DNA of 32,000 nt from Lysobacter enzymogenes. Lineage in GTDB: Bacteria; Pseudomonadota; Gammaproteobacteria; Xanthomonadales; Xanthomonadaceae. Location: positions 6,043,271 through 6,075,270 of the forward strand of contig NZ_CP067396.1 of the NCBI RefSeq assembly GCF_023617245.1, given 5' to 3'. The notes below the pieces were generated by a model, which was not told where the DNA came from, did not search any database, and was given only the letters and a program-made list of their open reading frames with translations. Both the position numbers and the translations under genes were made by a program. Numbering within the stretch: the stretch's first letter is position 1; every line of letters starts with the position of its first letter. Positions 17,372-24,723 of this stretch are shown here, piece by piece.

Positions 17372-19477
17372 GTGATCGCCGCTGTTCGCAGGCTCTACAA
17401 CGAACTGAGCGCGATCAAGGACGCCTCGCAGAACGCCACTGGCTTCACATACGACGCCCTGGGCAATCCGGACCGGACTACCGATGCGCTGGGCCGGATC
17501 ACCGATCAGGATTACGATCCGCTCGGACGCTTGGTGCGCACCTTGCAGGATGTGGGCGGTTTGGAAGTCCAAACGGATGTTCGTTACAACGCGCGGGATC
17601 AGATCGTCCAGGTCACCGATCCCAACCGACTGGCGACCCACTATCGTTACAACGGTTTCGGCGACCAGATCCAGTTGGAGAGTCCCGACACCGGGACCAC
17701 CGACTACACCTACGATACCGCCGGCCAGTTGGCGACCAAGAAAGACGCCAACGACGCGGCCGCGAACCGCTACACCTACGACGCGCTGGGTCGACCGAAG
17801 GCGATCTTCTACACCGCGGCGGGTCCGGCCGATGTCGAGTACGACTACGACACTGTCAACACCGAATGCATCGCCGGGCAGACCTTCGCCCAGGGTCGCC
17901 TGACCGCGAGCCGGACCGAAGGCAACGAGTTGAAGTACTGCTACGACCGCTTCGGACACGTCGTGCGCAAGGTGCAGATCGTCGCGGGCAAGAGCTTCAC
18001 GCTGCAGTACGCCTACACGCCGGGCGGCAAACTGAGCGCGGTCACCTACCCCGATGGCGCCATGGTCGATTACGTCCGGGACGCACAAGCCCGTATCCAG
18101 GAGATCGGAGTCCAGCCGACTGGTGGCGCCCGCACGGTGCTGTTGAACAATACGACCTACGACCCGTTCGGTCCGGTGACCGGCTGGACCTATGGCAACG
18201 GTCGCGTCCTGAGCCGCACATACGATCTGGACTACCGGCCCAAGACCGTCTTCGATGCCGCCAGCGGCGGCTTGTCGCTGGGTTACGGCTACAATTCCGC
18301 CGGCGAATTGACCGAGCTTAAGGACGGTCTGCAGAGCAACCTCCAGGCCAAGTACGACTACGATACGCTCGGCCGGTTGACGGTTACCCGTGACGGCGCC
18401 TCTAACGCGCTGGACACCTATGGGTACGACAAGATCGGAAATCGCACGAGCCTGGCTCATGGCGACATTACCGATACCTACGCTTACCCCTTGACCAACC
18501 ACCGACTGAGCAGCGTGGCCGGTGTGGCGCGCGGTTACGACGCGGCCGGCAACACCACCAGCGTGGGAGGTAACGCCAAGGAATTCGTCTAGAACGCCAA
18601 CGACCGACTGAACCAGTTCAAGCATGCCGGCGTGATCAAGGCAAGTTATCGTTACAACGCCATCGGTGAGCGCGTTGCAACCACTGGCGGCACAATCGGC
18701 GTCGTCCATACCTACACGCTATATGACGAAGCCGGCCACTGGATCGGCGATTACGACAGCACCGGCGCGGCCAGGCAGCAGGCCGTGTGGTTCGACGATG
18801 CACCAGTCGGCGTGGTGGTTGGCAGTGGTGGCGCGCAGGCGCTGCACCATGTACAGCCGGACCATCTGGGTACGCCGCGCGCAGTCATCGATCCCAGCCG
18901 CAATGTTGCAGTCTGGACCTGGGATGCCAAGAGCGAGGCATTCGGCAATAGCCCGCCGAACCAAGACCCAGATCAGGACGGCACCGCATTCGTGTTCGAT
19001 ATGCGGTTCCCGGGGCAGCGACTCGATGTCGTAAGCGGATTATTTTACAACTACCATCGCGATTACGACTCATCTGTCGGCCGTTATGTTCAATCTGATC
19101 CGATCGGTCTCACGGGTGGAATTCTTCTGTATGGCTATAGCTGGAGCAGCCCACTTATCAATAGCGATCCCTTTGGTCTGCAGCCGGCCAACACCGTAGT
19201 TTGCGGAACAGATGGCAAACTAGTCGTAAAAGTCGATAGCGGCCAATCAGAGTACTGCGGGCTGAAGGAGTGTCTCATTAGACACGAAGAATGCCACGCG
19301 AAGGAAATGAGCGAAGATAAGAATATCGTGGAATTCTGCTCGACCCCTGGCAACGCGAACAAATCCATCTATATCGACTGGAAGCAGAAACAGGCCTTGG
19401 AACTTACAGGAACTCAGGCCGAGCTGGACTGCCTGAATAAAAAGCAAAAAAAGAAGATTACACTTGCAGAAAAGTAA
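17372..19477 (+). pseudogene. orphan rhs C-terminal cassette 3 (small Cys-rich HExxH tail), interrupted by an in-frame TAG
   Basis: It is colinear with main rhs 9069-10856 at a constant offset of 8324 nt. An in-frame TAG at 18590-18592 sits where the paralogs have TAC (EFVYNAND). The core ends with DPFGL at 19166-19180. The 98-codon tail has six Cys and HEECH (19283-19297). Confidence 0.8.
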
Positions 19478-19562
19478 TAAACGAACGCATTAAAAAGATC
19501 CAACAAAATCGCAATGCCTGTGAGTCAGATGAAAAAAATGCGTATTCAAATGAGGCGATCCT

Positions 19563-20042
19563 ATGAAGCCAATAGCGCTCCTTCTCCCGCTCTGTCTTTT
19601 GACATCTGAAGTCACGGCCAGCCCAAAATTCACGATGGCCGTGGATTCGAATATTGATCGAAAAGCAGGTGACGCGGAGTTGACGTTCAATCTCACTTTA
19701 TCCGGCCCCAACCCTGTCGCTGTGGCTAGGAGTTCGATTCCAGGCGTCCAAAAGAATGCCATATGGACAAGCGCGGAATATTTCCCAAATTATGGGGAAA
19801 AATATCGTCCTTGCCCAAAACCAAAGGAAAAAATTGAGATCAACGACGGACTCCTCGGCACCACCACAATTAAGCCGGGACAGTCGTTTCAGCAGAAAAT
19901 GAAACTTTCAGATTTGTATTTTAATGCCAATGAGATCGTAGGAAAATGCGATCTAGTCTTGTTCTGGACCTACAAGCCAGAACTCGAATCAGGCGAACAT
20001 ACCGAGCGACTTGCTGGAGCGGTCGTCATAACAGCCGAGTAG
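19563..20042 (+). CDS. putative exported immunity protein for orphan cassette 3
   Basis: The signal peptide is MKPIALLLPLCLLTSEVTASP. GAGG lies ~9 nt upstream. It is AT-rich and a paralog of 20368-20865. Confidence 0.6.
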   Translation: MKPIALLLPLCLLTSEVTASPKFTMAVDSNIDRKAGDAELTFNLTLSGPNPVAVARSSIPGVQKNAIWTSAEYFPNYGEKYRPCPKPKEKIEINDGLLGTTTIKPGQSFQQKMKLSDLYFNANEIVGKCDLVLFWTYKPELESGEHTERLAGAVVITAE

Positions 20043-20086
20043 CTTCGTTTCGGCCAGGCCTCATGGTACTTACGGTGATAGTCCAA

Positions 20087-20109
20087 GGCCCCGACAACGG
20101 GGCCTTTTT
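20087..20109 (+). terminator. rho-independent terminator / cassette-boundary hairpin, copy 4
   Basis: GGCCCCG-ACAA-CGGGGCC followed by TTTTT. Confidence 0.7.
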
Positions 20110-20121
20110 AGCCGCCATTGA

Positions 20122-20340
20122 CACCTAATCGCTGAAACCGGCAACTGGATCAGCGATTACGACAGTACCGGAGCAGCCAAGCAGCAAATCGCGTGGCTCG
20201 GCAATCCGCCGGTCAGCTTCGTGGTCGGCAGCGGCGGCACGCAGACGTCGTGGTATGTACAGCCGGATCATCTGGGTATGCGACGAGCGGTCGTCGATCC
20301 CAGCCGCAACATCGCCATCTGGACCTGGGATGCAATGTGA
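20122..20340 (+). pseudogene. rhs core remnant without a toxin domain
   Basis: It translates to ETGNWISDYDSTGAAKQQIAWLGNPPVSFVVGSGGTQTSWYVQPDHLGMRRAVVDPSRNIAIWTWDAM*. This is homologous to the other copies (DGNWIGDYDSTGAAKQQAVWF...IWTWDAKSEAFGN). Homology stops at WDA and a TGA follows. Confidence 0.75.
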
Positions 20341-20367
20341 GGAAGACCCAAAGGACTGTAACTTCAA

Positions 20368-20865
20368 ATGAGCCATCACATGAAATGGACAGCACTGTTG
20401 ACCGCCCTTGCCCTCTCGATGCCCGCGGGAGGAACCGAGAGGCCTGAATTCGAAATTACTGTTGCACAAGAAGTGGGCGCCAAGGCAGGCGATGCGACCC
20501 TACATTTCGATCTGTCGTATAACGGCCAGCAACCAGTAAGAATCAGAGCTAGCTCGGTACCGGGCACACAGGATACTGCAATATGGATACTGGCCGAGCG
20601 CTTCCTCGACATTGGATCGAGCACTCGGGGCGACTGCCCGAGGCTGAAAGAAATAATCTTCATTGATGATGGGAAGCTGGGCAGTACGACAATCCATCCC
20701 GGGCAGCACATCAAACAGTCGATCAAGCTCTCCGATCGATATTCAAACACGGCGCAAGTAGTTGGGAAATGCGACACTGTTGTGTTCTGGAGTTATAAGC
20801 CAGATAAAGAGACCGGCGACAGTCAGCGCGTGTCCGGAGCAATTCTGTTGCCCGGCGCACATTAA
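20368..20865 (+). CDS. orphan exported immunity-protein paralog with no adjacent toxin
   Basis: A signal peptide (MKWTALLTALALSMPAGG) is present. It aligns along its length with 19563-20042, for example KAGDATLHFDLSYNG vs KAGDAELTFNLTLSG and VVGKCDTVVFWSYKPD vs IVGKCDLVLFWTYKPE. The start is ATG 20368 or 20380. Confidence 0.6.
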   Translation: MSHHMKWTALLTALALSMPAGGTERPEFEITVAQEVGAKAGDATLHFDLSYNGQQPVRIRASSVPGTQDTAIWILAERFLDIGSSTRGDCPRLKEIIFIDDGKLGSTTIHPGQHIKQSIKLSDRYSNTAQVVGKCDTVVFWSYKPDKETGDSQRVSGAILLPGAH

Positions 20866-20907
20866 AATTGTGAATATCTGAACAATCGTTCAATCCAGAT
20901 ACAAGGC

Positions 20908-20941
20908 AAGGGAGGGGGTTTATCGCCCTCCCTTTTGCTTT
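20908..20941 (+). terminator. rho-independent terminator closing the rhs array
   Basis: AAGGGAGGG, a 9-nt loop, CCCTCCCTT, then TTGCTTT. It differs from the four internal hairpins. Confidence 0.7.
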
Positions 20942-21305
20942 ATGACTCTGTGCAATAGCTGATGTTGTCCAGCGTTAACCACGCGACCTGAACGCTGTGC
21001 GGAGACCGGGCAAAAACTTCTCCACTTGTCCGGACATCGATCCGGGTCGGCGCTCCCGCCGGCAGCAATAAATTGAATTTCCCTCCAAGCATCGCGATAT
21101 CTGCTGCGCCAAATAGATGGTTGAATTCCATATCGCAAGCGGCCAGAAAATGCTGAATCCATCACAATCCCAGTAGAAATGAATACACGGGTACGCATTC
21201 GTGATCACCGGGGCTGGCTAGACTCGCTATCGAGGCTGCCAACACCGGAGATCCTCTAACCGCGAGCCGATCGCGGCTCGCGTCACGCAGACCATTGGAG
21301 GGTGT

Positions 21306-21734
21306 ATGCGTACCAACAAGATGTGGGCGGTAGGCGCGTTGATTTCGGCTTTGACGGTAGGACACAGCGCTCCAGCCTATGCGGGCGACATGAGCAACGC
21401 GGTGGTGACCTGTTACGTCGACACCTTCGCCGTGGACGTGCCCGAGGCGTTCACCTGTTTCTCGACATGGAAGCCGGGCAAGGCGACGAATCCGACCAGC
21501 GCGTACTTCCAGGTCGCTGGCTTGGGCCAGGGAAACTATTCCTATGCCTGGCTCGATGTGGAAACCAACACCGTGCCCGCCAATTGCGGCAACCAAAGCT
21601 TGTGTCGTAAATCGATCGCCACTGAAACCCGTAACGACGGGGAGGCTACGCTTCGCGTAACCATCACCGATCTCGATACCGGCGAGAGCAAGAGCGCGCA
21701 GGCGACCGCGTTCTACAATGATGGATACAACTGA
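21306..21734 (+). CDS. small secreted hypothetical protein
   Basis: GGAGG lies 4-5 nt upstream of the ATG. The signal peptide is MRTNKMWAVGALISALTVGHSAPAYA. GC3 is host-like. The mature part has four Cys. No family recognised. Confidence 0.6.
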   Translation: MRTNKMWAVGALISALTVGHSAPAYAGDMSNAVVTCYVDTFAVDVPEAFTCFSTWKPGKATNPTSAYFQVAGLGQGNYSYAWLDVETNTVPANCGNQSLCRKSIATETRNDGEATLRVTITDLDTGESKSAQATAFYNDGYN

Positions 21735-21762
21735 TCGCCGGCCGACGCGTCCATGAGACAGA

Positions 21763-21794
21763 TCACGAAGGGCGTCGTGGGGCGCCCTTCGTGA
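21763..21794 (+). terminator. 12-bp stem hairpin downstream of 21306-21734
   Basis: TCACGAAGGGCG, an 8-nt loop, then CGCCCTTCGTGA. No clear T-run follows. Confidence 0.45.
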
Positions 21795-22066
21795 CCGTTG
21801 TATTGGCGTTGCCCACGCTTGTTACGCCGAGCTCGGCCGTGACCGCCAACCTAGCACCGACTCTATGAGCGGCATCGCCATCGCAGGCAGTGAGCGCTAC
21901 GTCGGCGACGACGCTTGTGATGGCGTATGCAGGACTTTCGCTGTCGCAAAGAAGAGAACGCCGCCAGGCGCGGACCTGCGCTCGCCTTACTGCGACGGTT
22001 GCGAGTGGCGGGCTTCTGCGTTCAACCCGGCCAGCCCTGCGCGCGCATCCAGCCGCTGCACTGCGT

Positions 22067-22468
22067 TCAATCCTTGAGCTCGATGTACTTCACGCCCTCG
22101 GTCCGGTTCGGCGCGCCGAAGGGGACGTTCGAGCTGCACGTGCCGTTGCCGTAAACGAGAATCTGCTTGCCCGTGTTCTTGGCCGCCAGCGCCAGGGAAA
22201 TCATGTCCTGCTCGGCGAACGTCGGGTTGTCGCCGCGGAACATGGCGTAGACCATCGCGTTGCCGTTGTAGGGGCAGGCGCTGGTTTGGCCGGGCGCGAA
22301 GGCTCCGCCTTCCAGGACGATGAAAACCACGGCTTTGTTCGTGGACACCCCTGCGATCAGGCTCTTTACATAGCCTTGATAGACGCCCGATACGCCCGCG
22401 TGGGCGGATACGGTTCCGAGCAGCGCAGCGGCGGCCAGAACCGAGGTCGCGATCGCTTTCATGTACAT
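22067..22468 (-). CDS. small secreted hypothetical protein
   Basis: AGGA lies 7 nt upstream of the ATG. The signal peptide is MYMKAIATSVLAAAALLGTVSAHA. GC3 is host-like. No family recognised. Confidence 0.6.
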   Translation of the reverse strand: MYMKAIATSVLAAAALLGTVSAHAGVSGVYQGYVKSLIAGVSTNKAVVFIVLEGGAFAPGQTSACPYNGNAMVYAMFRGDNPTFAEQDMISLALAAKNTGKQILVYGNGTCSSNVPFGAPNRTEGVKYIELKD

Positions 22469-22803
22469 ATGACAGTCCTTTGTGATGAGCGGATGTGGGC
22501 GGCTGTACCGCCGGGTTGTTTCATCGCACTACTACGCGAAAAGCCGGTTTCCGCGGCCGATTCATTCCGCTCGGATTCGATCCCAAGCCGTACCAGCGCG
22601 GCATCCCATATCGGCCCGCATTCCCGATTCGAACATCGCGTCGCCCACGCGATGCGAGCAACGGACCCGATCATCCACGCACTCCCGCTCTCTTCCGAAC
22701 GTTCGTCGCTTTCGCCGAAGATGCGACGCACGACACCTGCCGACCGTTCATCGCGTTGCATCTGTGAATACAATGCGAATCCGATTCATCGCGAGGACGC
22801 TCC

Positions 22804-24015
22804 GTGGCAGACATGCCCGTCGGCGCAGCACGCTTGCAAACCCCGACACCGGCCGCGCAGGCCCACCGATTGCCCGGACTCGATGTATTGCGGGCGATCG
22901 CCGTGGCGTGGGTGATGCTGTTCCACTCCTTCCTCAACGAAGGACCCGACGAAGGCCTGGTGTGGCTGTGCCATTACGGCTGGATGGGCGTCGATCTGTT
23001 CTTCGTGCTCAGCGGCTACCTGATCGGCTCGCAGGTGTTGACGCCGCTCGCGCGCGGCGAGCGTCTGTCGTTCGGCGGGTTCTATCTGCGCCGCGCGTTC
23101 CGCATCCTGCCGGCGTTCCTGGCGGTGCTGGCGGTGTATCTGCTGGTGCCGGGATTCCGCGAGTCGCCGGGGCTGGAGTCGGCGTGGAAGTTCCTGAGCT
23201 TCACCCTCAATCTGCTGATCGATTACCGCCAGAACCAGGCGTTCTCGCACGCGTGGTCGCTGTGCGTGGAGGAACATTTCTATCTGGTGTTCCCGCTGCT
23301 GGCATGGTGGCTGATGCGTCGCGCCTCGACCGCGGCGTTCGTCGCGATCTGCGCGAGCGTGGTGCTGGGCGGCATCGCCTTGCGCGCGGGCGTTTGGTTG
23401 CACGACTTCGAAACCGAGGGACCGGTCGGCGAATCGGCGCGCAGCTGGTTCGCCGAGGACATCTATTTCCCGACCTGGAACCGGCTCGACGGCTTGTTGG
23501 CCGGCGTGGTGTTGGCCAGCCTGAAGACCTTCCGCGCGCAGTGGTGGCGACGCGCCCAGGCCTACGCCAACGTCGCCCTGCTCGCGGGATTGGGCGTGGT
23601 GGCCGCGGCCATGTGGCTGTTCCGCGAGCGCACCGGCTTGCTCGCCAACGCGATCGGCTGGCCGGTGTTGTCGGTCGGCTTCGCCTTGCTGGTCTTCGCC
23701 GGCACTACGCGCGCCAGTTGGATCGGACGCTGGTCGATCCCGGGCGTGGGCTGGTTGGCGGCCACGTCCTACAGCCTGTACTTGGTGCACAAGGGCGTGT
23801 TCCACGTGGTGGACGAATCCGTCGGCAAGCTGCTGGCGGGCCACAGCCTCGTCGCCTTCGCCACCTACGGCACCGCCGCATTGGCCGCCGCCGCGGTGCT
23901 GCACTACGGGGTGGAACAGCCGTTTCTGCGGCTGCGCGACTGGGCGCTCAACGCTCGGGCCAGGACGCACACGCCGGGCGCGGGCGCGGTTCGAGGTCCC
24001 GCGTTGAGCGAGTGA
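22804..24015 (+). CDS. acyltransferase family 3 (OafA/YrhL-like) integral membrane protein
   Basis: LPGLDVLRAIAVAWVMLFHS...GWMGVDLFFVLSGYLIG...HAWSLCVEEHFYLVFPLL are hallmark acyltransferase-3 motifs. Roughly ten hydrophobic segments are present. GTG 22804 has GAGGA 6 nt upstream; ATG 22813 is an alternative start. Confidence 0.9.
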   Translation: MADMPVGAARLQTPTPAAQAHRLPGLDVLRAIAVAWVMLFHSFLNEGPDEGLVWLCHYGWMGVDLFFVLSGYLIGSQVLTPLARGERLSFGGFYLRRAFRILPAFLAVLAVYLLVPGFRESPGLESAWKFLSFTLNLLIDYRQNQAFSHAWSLCVEEHFYLVFPLLAWWLMRRASTAAFVAICASVVLGGIALRAGVWLHDFETEGPVGESARSWFAEDIYFPTWNRLDGLLAGVVLASLKTFRAQWWRRAQAYANVALLAGLGVVAAAMWLFRERTGLLANAIGWPVLSVGFALLVFAGTTRASWIGRWSIPGVGWLAATSYSLYLVHKGVFHVVDESVGKLLAGHSLVAFATYGTAALAAAAVLHYGVEQPFLRLRDWALNARARTHTPGAGAVRGPALSE

Positions 24016-24121
24016 GGCGAGTATCGCCGCCGCGGCGCGCACGGGCTGGCCGCGCTTCGATGCCGCTGCCGGCCATCGCCTGCGCCATGCGAACGATAGC
24101 AAGCGCGACACGCTAAACCGC

Positions 24122-24143
24122 CGGCCGGAACGGATTCCGGCCG
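24122..24143. terminator. bidirectional hairpin between convergent genes
   Basis: CGGCCGGAA-CGGA-TTCCGGCCG, a perfect 9-bp stem. It lies between the acyltransferase stop (24015) and the minus-strand stop at 24173. Confidence 0.45.
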
Positions 24144-24172
24144 ACGGCTCGTGCTTACCCGACGACCGAAGA

Positions 24173-24721
24173 TCAGTAGAGGACGTTTTCCTCTTCGATG
24201 ATCGCCGGGCTGGCTTCCTTCACCCCGGCCAGCGCCTGGATCTTGCGCATCGCGCTCATCGCGTCCTGCACCGAGCCGAATTCGATCCGGCCGTTGCCGC
24301 CGACCTTCGAGGAGTACGTCAGCTTGCCGCCGCTCGCGCGCACGGCGGCGTCGAGCGCCGAGGCGTCGGCGACGTAGACGTTCAAGGTGGAGGTCACCAC
24401 CACCGGCTTGCCGGTGTCGGCGATCGCCGCCGCCATCTTCTGCTTGGCGGGCGCGACGGTCTTGCTCGCGGACTTGGCGCCGCCCGGCTGCAGCTTGATC
24501 TGGTACTTGCCGACCTGCACCTGCTGGGCATCGGCGGCCTGCGCGGTCTTGAGCGCACTGACCTGGGCCTGCGGCGCGAGGGTGAAGCGGGTGTCGCCGA
24601 TGCTGAAGCTGTCGCCGGTCGCGGCCTGCTGCAGTTCGCGGCGGGCGTTGTCGCCGGTTTGCGCGCTGGCGATGCCCGCCGCCGCCAGCAGGATCGGAAC
24701 GAGGAGTGCTTGGGTTTTCAT
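24173..24721 (-). CDS. secreted protease partner, ASP-ORF2-like external chaperone / propeptide-like protein (copy 1)
   Basis: It starts 2 nt after the protease stop. The signal peptide is MKTQALLVPILLAAAGIASAQ. The C-terminal VRASGGKLTYSSKVGGNGRIEFGSVQDAMSAMRKIQALAGVKEASPAIIEE has the layout of a subtilase I9-type propeptide. It is a paralog of 30578-31138. Confidence 0.65.
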   Translation of the reverse strand: MKTQALLVPILLAAAGIASAQTGDNARRELQQAATGDSFSIGDTRFTLAPQAQVSALKTAQAADAQQVQVGKYQIKLQPGGAKSASKTVAPAKQKMAAAIADTGKPVVVTSTLNVYVADASALDAAVRASGGKLTYSSKVGGNGRIEFGSVQDAMSAMRKIQALAGVKEASPAIIEEENVLY

Positions 24722-24723
24722 GG

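Noticed and set aside
8985-18709. Long minus-strand ORFs inside the rhs copies (8985-9683, 9819-10457, 14595-15320, 15642-16325, 17261-18709 and others)
   Set aside because: They are antisense shadow frames of GC-rich YD-repeat coding DNA. Their translations are Arg/Gly/Val/Asp-rich with no motifs, whereas the plus frame has unmistakable Rhs repeats.
11795-20109. Possibility that the four repeated hairpins form a CRISPR-like array
   Set aside because: The copies are 1.6-3.9 kb apart, are separated by protein-coding cassettes, and each is followed by a T-run. They behave as terminators or junction elements, not CRISPR repeats.
20920-21208. Minus-strand ORFs of 63-92 aa (20920-21198, 20940-21131, 20975-21208)
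   Set aside because: They are mutually overlapping, have no RBS or family resemblance, and their composition is odd. They are treated as non-coding.
21890-24116. ORFs 21890-22915 (+), 22482-24116 (+) and 22786-24111 (-)
   Set aside because: They overlap the well-supported acyltransferase-3 frame and the secreted protein at 22067-22468. Their composition is Arg/Ala/Pro-rich without motifs.
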